Shown: one piece after another, positions 36,437-42,792 of the stretch
How the letters are laid out: every line of letters begins with the position of its first letter
How positions within the stretch are numbered: position 1 is the stretch's first letter
Origin: Candidatus Peregrinibacteria bacterium UBA1369
GTDB taxonomy: Bacteria; Patescibacteriota; Gracilibacteria; UBA1369
Assembly (NCBI GenBank): GCA_002305925.1
Contig: DBRL01000017.1
Location: forward strand, 29,852-72,643
Reading direction: 5' to 3'
DNA length: 42,792 nucleotides
The notes under the pieces: generated by a model
The model's input: only the letters and a program-made list of their open reading frames with translations
Told to the model about the DNA's origin: nothing
The model's database searches: none
Program-made: the position numbers and the translations under genes

Positions 36437-37475
36437 CGTGGCGGTAGTTGGGTTGGGGAACTGTGCCGGTGCGCTTCTTGAGGGGTTGGAATATTATTCT
36501 GGTTCGGATAGAGAAAGAAGTGGTTTACTTTTTCCGGTCTTGGGTGGTTATGATTTGTCTGATATAGAAATTGTTTGTGCTTTTGACATATCTCAAAAGA
36601 AAATTGATAAAACAATCTCGCAAGCAGTTTATCAGTATCCCAACAATTTTAATCGAATTCTGAGTTATGAGATAAAAAACGATGGTCCGGTATATCGGGG
36701 GCCAACTTTAGATGGAAATCCAACCCATTTGCAGATGTTTTTTGAAGAGGCGGTTGAGGTTCTGGCGGTTGATGTGGTGGATAAGTTAAAATATCATCAG
36801 GTAGATGTGGTGGTTAACCTTTTACCAACGGGGTCAAATGAAGCCACGGCGTTTTATGGAATGTGTGCGTTACAGGCACATTGTGCTTTTGTTAATTGTA
36901 TTCCGTCGGTTTTTGTACAAGATGAGAAAATTCAGCATCTATTTGAGGACAAAGGTATTCCCATCGTTGGTGATGACATAAAGAGCCAGGTTGGGTCGAC
37001 TATTATTCATAGAGCTGTGTTGAACATGTTGGCTGATCGTGGGGCTACAATCAGGAAATCTTCACAGATAAATATTGGTGGTAATACAGATTTTGCTAAT
37101 TTTGTTCATAGAGCCCAGACGAAATTAGTTTCAAAATATAAGTCACTGAGACAATATTTGCCAGATGGAGTTCCAAATCATATTGGACATCATTATGATG
37201 TCACTAAGGATGGTTATAAAAAAACCTTATTTGATATCGAATCTACTGTGTTTGGGGGGTCCAAGGTAAAGATTTTCGTTCAATTAGAAAGTGATGATAA
37301 GCCAAATTCAGCCGGTTCGATTATTGATTTGATTAGGATAGTGAAATATGAGAAAGATCACAATAGAGGAGGATGCGTTTTTGATGCATGTTCTTATTAT
37401 AACAAGTCAGCTCCACGCCAATTGAAAGATTTCGAAGCATATGAAAGAGTTAAAAAACAATGGGGGTCAAATTAG
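36423..37475 (+). CDS. ino1: Myo-inositol-1-phosphate synthase
   Basis: VVGLGNCA, GPTLDG, LPTGS, FVNCIP, GDDIKSQVG, NIGGNTDF, KLVSK, DKPNSAG. Confidence 0.93.
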   Translation: MGTINVAVVGLGNCAGALLEGLEYYSGSDRERSGLLFPVLGGYDLSDIEIVCAFDISQKKIDKTISQAVYQYPNNFNRILSYEIKNDGPVYRGPTLDGNPTHLQMFFEEAVEVLAVDVVDKLKYHQVDVVVNLLPTGSNEATAFYGMCALQAHCAFVNCIPSVFVQDEKIQHLFEDKGIPIVGDDIKSQVGSTIIHRAVLNMLADRGATIRKSSQINIGGNTDFANFVHRAQTKLVSKYKSLRQYLPDGVPNHIGHHYDVTKDGYKKTLFDIESTVFGGSKVKIFVQLESDDKPNSAGSIIDLIRIVKYEKDHNRGGCVFDACSYYNKSAPRQLKDFEAYERVKKQWGSN

Positions 37476-38226
37476 TTTCTTAGAGAAATTTTCTTTTTCA
37501 CAAGAAGACGAGGTGTTATCTCGGCGTATATTTAAACGTTTTCCTGAAATTGAGCGTAGTTTCAAACACTTGTTGTTGTTTTTGGACACCTATCTGGATT
37601 CTGAATTTAGTCTTTTTGTTTCGGGCTCGTTTGCTTTTTCATCAAGGGCTAACTCGTTTTCAGATATTAAGGATTCTAGCGATATCGATATATGGGTTGT
37701 AGTAAATAGCTCCTTAATAACTTCTGACAAGGACATTAGTCGGATGTTATCGGAGTTGAAACAATGCGACATGGTCACGTTTGCCTGGTTGTTAGAGCCT
37801 AGATTTAGTATTAAATTTCTTGATTTTCATACCGCACAAAGATTGTTTGTTTTGAAACAGGATTGTTTACGTGTATTAAGGGAAAAATCTTTACTCCAGC
37901 GGAAACTAGCTAATCTGTTTTTTGGCATTGATGGGCAGGTATGCATTCCTGTTAAGGAAGTGTCAGCGAAGAAGAAGTTTGTTTGGCAGTGGGAATTATG
38001 TTTGGAACGCTCACGCAGTGAATTTGTGATGAGCGACCTTATGAGTTTTATGATTGTTGGGTTTTGGTTGCGTGATGATTTGTCATTGCGAAAGTTTAAA
38101 AGGCCTCTGTTAAAAGAAATTGATAAAATATTGGGGAGTACTTCTATTTCTGAAATGCAAAGGCTTTTTACCTATTTTCAATTTACCCTGTTGGATGCTT
38201 TTAGGTGCTTTTGGAAAAAACGCTAA
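37441..38226 (+). CDS. Nucleotidyltransferase-like protein
   Basis: FVSGSFA...SDIDIWVVV (GS...DxD); overlaps the ino1 stop, suggesting coupling. Confidence 0.6.
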   Translation: MKELKNNGGQISFLEKFSFSQEDEVLSRRIFKRFPEIERSFKHLLLFLDTYLDSEFSLFVSGSFAFSSRANSFSDIKDSSDIDIWVVVNSSLITSDKDISRMLSELKQCDMVTFAWLLEPRFSIKFLDFHTAQRLFVLKQDCLRVLREKSLLQRKLANLFFGIDGQVCIPVKEVSAKKKFVWQWELCLERSRSEFVMSDLMSFMIVGFWLRDDLSLRKFKRPLLKEIDKILGSTSISEMQRLFTYFQFTLLDAFRCFWKKR

Positions 38227-38945
38227 CCTAGTTTGGGAAGAATAAGCCCTGTCATAGGGGTTTTGGATGTTTGTCTGTGGGCGTGAACCATTAATTCACT
38301 AAATGCTCCTGTCACAAGGCAATTATTTGTTTTGCCTGCCTCGTTCATAAGCCATAATTCAAAAAGCATATGATAGTATTCATCTATTGGCAGGTCCGGC
38401 ATTTCTCTCTTTTGACGTGGTAAGAATTTTAGAAATTTTTCTGGGGGAAAAGCTCTTCCTATTGTATGGAGATGACGTAGCATGGAAACAATATTATCGC
38501 TTTTATAAAGTTCGGAGCTAAAGTGGACTTCACATCCCAGAGCGATAAAAAAATCACGATATGCGTCATTGCGAACGGTTTGCTGTTCTTGACTGTTGGC
38601 AGGATCTAATAGTGAACATATATCATCAATGTAGATAGTAGGATGTAGCTTTTGTGGGTGTGTATTTTGGGCCAGCTTGACCATGTCTCTAAAGACTGCT
38701 TTGGGAGGTTTCCTAGCCCATGTGACGATGCACATTCGGGGTGATTCAGGAATAGGCCCAATTACCTTAATATATGGGCTTGTGTCTATGGTATTCACAA
38801 TGCTTATTGCCTTGTTTATATTTCCGGTTATTTCTAATTGTATACTATTGGGTTGATCGGAGTATGTGGAATTAGTTAAAGGCTTTGGTGGGGTAGCTGA
38901 AGTGGGGAGACGCTTCTCTCCGTCATTATCTCGTGATTGGTTCAT
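38223..38945 (-). CDS. Stand-alone class Ic aaRS (TyrRS) catalytic-fold homologue lacking HIGH/KMSKS, CDPS-like architecture
   Basis: IYIDD...DAYRDFFIALG..HFSSEL...EYYHMLFEL...LVTG...ILPKL is colinear by eye with the archaeal TyrRS Rossmann domain as recalled. Confidence 0.55.
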   Translation of the reverse strand: MNQSRDNDGEKRLPTSATPPKPLTNSTYSDQPNSIQLEITGNINKAISIVNTIDTSPYIKVIGPIPESPRMCIVTWARKPPKAVFRDMVKLAQNTHPQKLHPTIYIDDICSLLDPANSQEQQTVRNDAYRDFFIALGCEVHFSSELYKSDNIVSMLRHLHTIGRAFPPEKFLKFLPRQKREMPDLPIDEYYHMLFELWLMNEAGKTNNCLVTGAFSELMVHAHRQTSKTPMTGLILPKLG

Positions 38946-38963
38946 GCGTTTAATAGATAGATA

Positions 38964-38990
38964 CTAGGCGCAGGTGGCGATCAGTTGCAT
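38964..38990 (-). pseudogene. Truncated duplicate of the THUMP gene 5' end (MQLIATCA*)
   Basis: First eight codons identical to those starting at 35521, followed by TAG. Confidence 0.8.
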
Positions 38991-38999
38991 GGGAAAGGG
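38966..38999. repeat. 34-bp direct repeat, right copy
   Basis: Identical to 35497-35530. Confidence 0.95.
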
Positions 39000-39019
39000 T
39001 GTTAGCGGGTGCGGGCTGC

Positions 39020-39046
39020 AAAGTGCTGAAAGTGCTGAAAGTGCTG
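39020..39046. repeat. Tandem repeat (AAAGTGCTG)x3
   Basis: Read directly from the sequence. Confidence 0.9.
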
Positions 39047-39081
39047 GTATGGTCGCATAAATATCGGTTTGCGGCAAGTTG

Positions 39082-39108
39082 TTAGCAATCTCTTGCCTTG
39101 AGTGCTAA
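39082..39108. promoter_or_regulatory. CIRCE element (HrcA operator)
   Basis: TTAGCAATC-N9-GAGTGCTAA, one mismatch to TTAGCACTC-N9-GAGTGCTAA, upstream of clpB. Confidence 0.92.
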
Positions 39109-39121
39109 GCGGGGTTATAAT
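39093..39121 (+). promoter_or_regulatory. clpB sigma70 promoter
   Basis: TTGCCT-N17-TATAAT, with the -35 inside the CIRCE spacer. Confidence 0.75.
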
Positions 39122-39178
39122 TGTGGGTGAAATGGCCGCTGCAGCAAGTAATTTGGCGGCTTCTAATCCACAAATATT

Positions 39179-41752
39179 ATGAATTTTGAAAATTACACCA
39201 CCAAGGCTGCCGAGGCCATCCAGGCGATGATCGATCTGGCCGGCAAAAAATCCCATCAGGTGCTGACACATTGGCATCTGCTGGCCGCGCTGGTCGGACA
39301 GAAGGGCGGAATCGTGCCGGGTATTCTGCAGAAAGCCGAGCATAATCCGGAGGAACTGGCCGCCCGCATCGATGGTGCATTGGCCGCCGTGCCGACCGTT
39401 TCCGGCGGGCAGGTTTATTTCGAGCCTTCACTGAAAAAAGCCCTTGATGAGGCCGAGAATGAGGCTGCCAAACTGCACGACGAATATATTTCCACCGAGC
39501 ATCTCTTTCTGGCCCTGCTCGGACTGCCCGAAGTGCGCAAAATGGTGGGAATGGAGCGTGACGACGTGCTCAAAGTGCTGGCCACCCTGCGTTCCACCCA
39601 GCGCGTGACTTCCAAAGATCCTGAGGAGAAATATCAGGTTTTGAAAAAGTATACCATCGACTACACCGATTTGGCCGCCAAAGGGAAAATTGATCCGGTG
39701 ATCGGGCGCGAGGACGAAATACGCCGCGTCATGCAGATTCTTTCCCGCCGTACCAAAAACAATCCGGTGCTGGTCGGGGAGCCGGGCACGGGCAAAACCG
39801 CCGTGGTGGAGGGGCTGGCCAACAAAATCATCAATGCCGACGTGCCGGAAGTCTTGAAGGACAAGCGCGTGCTGGCCCTGGATCTGGGCGCACTGCTGGC
39901 CGGGGCGCAATATCGCGGTCAGTTTGAGGAACGCCTGAAGGCGGTGATTGCCGAAGTGGAGGCTTCAGCCGGCGAAATTATACTATTTATTGATGAGCTG
40001 CATACTATTGTTGGCGCAGGCGCCCAGGAGGGGAGCACTGATGCTTCCAATCTGCTCAAACCGGCCCTGGCCCGCGGGAAATTGCGCACTGTGGGTGCCA
40101 CTACGCTGAAGGAATATCGCAAATATATCGAAAAAGACGCCGCACTGGAAAGACGTTTTCAGCCGGTTCTGGTCAGTGAGCCGTCGGTCAAGGATACTAT
40201 TTCCATCCTGCGCGGTATCAAGCAGAAATACGAGGTGCATCACGGCGTGCGCATTCGCGACAATGCCCTGGTGGCGGCGGTGAATTTGTCCAGCCGCTAT
40301 ATCACCGACCGTTTTCTGCCGGACAAGGCTATCGACCTGATGGACGAGGCTGCTTCCGTATTGAAAATTGAAATTGATTCCAAGCCGATTGTGCTGGATC
40401 AGCTGCACCGCAAAATCCGCCAGCTGGAAATCGAGCGCGAAGCGCTCAAGGCCGAGAAGGACGACAGTGCGGCCAAGGCCAGACTGAAGGAGCTGGAAAA
40501 GGAACTGGCCGGCCTGAACGAGGAAAATCGCGAGCTGGAGCTGCACTGGAAAAATGAAAAGGAAACCATCGATACAATCAAAAATTCCACCAAGAAAATC
40601 GACGAGCTGCGTCTGGAGGCCGGGCAGGCCGAGCGGGTTGGCAATTATCAGCGGGTGGCCGAAATCAATTACGGGCTGATTCCCGGTCTGGAAAAGGAAA
40701 TTGAACAGGCCCAGAAGAAAATGGCCAAATTGCAGAAGGATCGCAAAATCCTCAAGGAGGAAGTGACCGAGGAGGACATCGCGGCGGTGGTGTCCCGCTG
40801 GACGGGTATACCGGTGGCCAGGATGCTCAAAGAAGAATCACAGAAACTGCTGGAGATGGAAAAGGCCCTCGGACAGCGGGTGATTGGCCAGAAAAAGGCT
40901 ATTGAGGCCGTGTCCAAGGCCATTCGTCGCAATCGCGCCGGCATCGCTGAGGAAGGGCGGCCGGTGGGATCGTTTATTTTCGTCGGGCCGACCGGCGTCG
41001 GCAAAACCGAGCTGGCCAAGGCCCTGGCCCAATTTATGTTCAATGACGAGCGGATGATTACCCGCATCGACATGAGTGAATACATGGAAAAACATTCGGT
41101 GGCTCGCCTGATCGGCTCGCCCCCCGGCTATGTCGGCTACGAAGAAGGCGGACAGCTGACCGAAGCGGTGCGCCGCCATCCCTACACGGTGATACTGCTG
41201 GATGAAATTGAAAAAGCCCATTCCGACGTTTTCAATGTCTTATTGCAGGTACTCGATGACGGCCGTCTGACCGATTCCAAGGGTCGCACCGTCGATTTCA
41301 AAAACACCGTCATCATCATGACCTCCAATCTGGGCTCGGCCGAGATTGCCGACCTGGCCAAGGATCCCGAGAAACAGGAGCAGACCCTGCTGAAAACCCT
41401 GCATGGATTTTTCCGGCCGGAATTTTTGAACCGCATTGACGACATCATCATTTTCCAGCGGCTGACCAAAGAAGAGCTGGCCGAAATTGTCGATCTGCAG
41501 CTGGCCGAGGTGCAGAAACGTCTGCAGAAGAAGCGCATTACCCTGGAGATCAGCAAAATGGCCACGATGTACCTGGTTACGGCTGGTTTCGACGACCTCT
41601 TTGGCGCGCGGCCGCTGAAGCGCCTGATTCAGAGCAAAATTCTCGATGAGCTCTCGATGCAGCTTCTGGAAGGGAAAATCAAGGAGGGCGACAAGGTGCA
41701 GATTGATTTTGCCGATGACAGAATTGTCATTGCGCGGCAGGGGGGCAAATAG
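39179..41752 (+). CDS. clpB: ATP-dependent chaperone ClpB
   Basis: Two AAA+ modules ([16 protein letters not shown]), long coiled-coil M domain, GYVGYEEGG. Confidence 0.97.
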   Translation: MNFENYTTKAAEAIQAMIDLAGKKSHQVLTHWHLLAALVGQKGGIVPGILQKAEHNPEELAARIDGALAAVPTVSGGQVYFEPSLKKALDEAENEAAKLHDEYISTEHLFLALLGLPEVRKMVGMERDDVLKVLATLRSTQRVTSKDPEEKYQVLKKYTIDYTDLAAKGKIDPVIGREDEIRRVMQILSRRTKNNPVLVGEPGTGKTAVVEGLANKIINADVPEVLKDKRVLALDLGALLAGAQYRGQFEERLKAVIAEVEASAGEIILFIDELHTIVGAGAQEGSTDASNLLKPALARGKLRTVGATTLKEYRKYIEKDAALERRFQPVLVSEPSVKDTISILRGIKQKYEVHHGVRIRDNALVAAVNLSSRYITDRFLPDKAIDLMDEAASVLKIEIDSKPIVLDQLHRKIRQLEIEREALKAEKDDSAAKARLKELEKELAGLNEENRELELHWKNEKETIDTIKNSTKKIDELRLEAGQAERVGNYQRVAEINYGLIPGLEKEIEQAQKKMAKLQKDRKILKEEVTEEDIAAVVSRWTGIPVARMLKEESQKLLEMEKALGQRVIGQKKAIEAVSKAIRRNRAGIAEEGRPVGSFIFVGPTGVGKTELAKALAQFMFNDERMITRIDMSEYMEKHSVARLIGSPPGYVGYEEGGQLTEAVRRHPYTVILLDEIEKAHSDVFNVLLQVLDDGRLTDSKGRTVDFKNTVIIMTSNLGSAEIADLAKDPEKQEQTLLKTLHGFFRPEFLNRIDDIIIFQRLTKEELAEIVDLQLAEVQKRLQKKRITLEISKMATMYLVTAGFDDLFGARPLKRLIQSKILDELSMQLLEGKIKEGDKVQIDFADDRIVIARQGGK

Positions 41753-41888
41753 TGGCTTGCGCGCTCTCGGCCTGTTTACTCGGGCCCGTTCGATAGCGCC
41801 TGGCAGGGCCGAGTGGCTTTTTAGCCGAAATTGCGCTATATCAGTGGATGATATCAGTTGGTGGTTTTATCTGAATTAGAGAAACAAA

Positions 41889-42530
41889 ATGAACAAAAAA
41901 GCGGTAATTTTCGATATGGACGGGGTGATTTCCGATACGCAGACCATTCATTCGCGCATCTGGTCGGAGGTGATGGCCGGGTACGGCGTGCAAATTGAGC
42001 CGGCGGAGATAACCCTGCGCTATGCTGGCGCCAAATCGCGGGAAATTTTTACTGATATTCTGGCTCAATACGGTCTGGAAAAACATCTGGAGGAAGCTTT
42101 GCGCGAGAAGGATCGTCTCTATGCCCTGCGTGCGGGAGATGGCGTGATGCCGGTAGAGGGCGCTCCTGAGCTGATTCGCCGGTTGGCCCGGGATGGGCGG
42201 GATCTGGCGGTGGCTTCCGGTGGAGGCAGGGAAAATGTTGAATGGGTGTTGCAGACCTTGAAACTGCGTCAGTATTTCCCGGTGGTGGTGACGGCTAGCG
42301 ATGTCGAGCACGGCAAGCCTTCGCCCGACCTGTTTTTGCTGGCGGCGCAAATGATGCGGCGCGATCCGGTCGAATGCATTGTGATTGAAGATTCCAGAAA
42401 CGGCATGCTGGCCGCCCGTCTGGCGGGGATGTACTGTATCGGGCTGGTGGCGGACCCCGAGGACCACACTACCTATCCGGCCGACCGGCTGGTGGAGAGT
42501 CTGACCGAACTGAAGGCGGAAGATTTTTGA
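41889..42530 (+). CDS. HAD-superfamily phosphatase (beta-PGM-like)
   Basis: FDMDGV, VASG, GKPSPD, IEDS. Confidence 0.92.
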   Translation: MNKKAVIFDMDGVISDTQTIHSRIWSEVMAGYGVQIEPAEITLRYAGAKSREIFTDILAQYGLEKHLEEALREKDRLYALRAGDGVMPVEGAPELIRRLARDGRDLAVASGGGRENVEWVLQTLKLRQYFPVVVTASDVEHGKPSPDLFLLAAQMMRRDPVECIVIEDSRNGMLAARLAGMYCIGLVADPEDHTTYPADRLVESLTELKAEDF

Positions 42531-42546
42531 GTTTTTTTGCCGTTGA

Positions 42547-42792
42547 TCAGTTGATCAGCACTATCACCAGATTGAGATAGCTGGCAAAGCAGATCCAGAG
42601 CAGATAGGGGACGAGCAGCCAGGCAGCGGGTCGCGAGAGACGGCTGAAAAAGTAAATATTGCCGATGACCAGAAGGTCCAGCAGCAGGATGTTGATCAGT
42701 CCCAGCAGTGGGTTTTCCAGTCCGAAAAAGAAAAGCGACCAGAAAAAATTGGCCACCATCTGCAGGATGAAAAAGAGATAGCCGGTTTTTTT
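42547..42792 (-). CDS. TspO/MBR family protein (5' end beyond the window)
   Basis: NFFWSLFFFG...AAWLLVPYLLWICFASYLN. Confidence 0.88.
   Translation of the reverse strand, partial: KKTGYLFFILQMVANFFWSLFFFGLENPLLGLINILLLDLLVIGNIYFFSRLSRPAAWLLVPYLLWICFASYLNLVIVLIN

Larger units (their letters stand above)
35497..38999. mobile_element. AT-rich genomic islet bounded by direct repeats, with no integrase of its own
   Basis: Exact 34-bp flanking repeats and a clear base-composition shift between them. Confidence 0.8.

Noticed and set aside
1-42792. UGA-to-Gly recoding (code 25)
   Set aside because: typA, xfp and xth end at TGA at their expected C-termini, and long genes have no internal TGA.

Overview
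Bacterial chromosomal window using genetic code 11 (typA, xfp and xth end at TGA). Few Shine-Dalgarno motifs, many orphan genes and an SLH surface protein suggest a CPR/Patescibacteria genome, possibly Peregrinibacteria-like (inference). The core genes are mscS, typA, archaeal/eukaryotic-type proS, tRNA-Gly(CCC), a Dus enzyme, an xfp-tal-pgi-tkt sugar-phosphate cluster, xth, a THUMP RNA methyltransferase and CIRCE-controlled clpB. Three accessory structures stand out. (1) At 31.1-34.3 kb, an integron-like platform: a short tyrosine recombinase lacking the IntI-specific insertion lies divergent from AT-rich single-gene units. Each unit starts at the same core GTTATATGAAA, and two non-canonical attC-like hairpins separate them. 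The first unit carries an archaeal-style BRE/TATA promoter and its own inverted repeats. (2) At 35.5-39.0 kb, an AT-rich four-gene island lies between exact 34-bp direct repeats covering the 5' end of the THUMP gene. It encodes an alpha/beta hydrolase, myo-inositol-1-phosphate synthase, a nucleotidyltransferase-like protein and a stand-alone TyrRS/CDPS-fold protein, a candidate undescribed inositol-based pathway. (3) At 8.8-10.2 kb, an HNH gene whose internal palindrome recurs in its upstream non-coding region and in the tRNA-Gly leader. All protein calls are motif recognition by eye; no searches were run.
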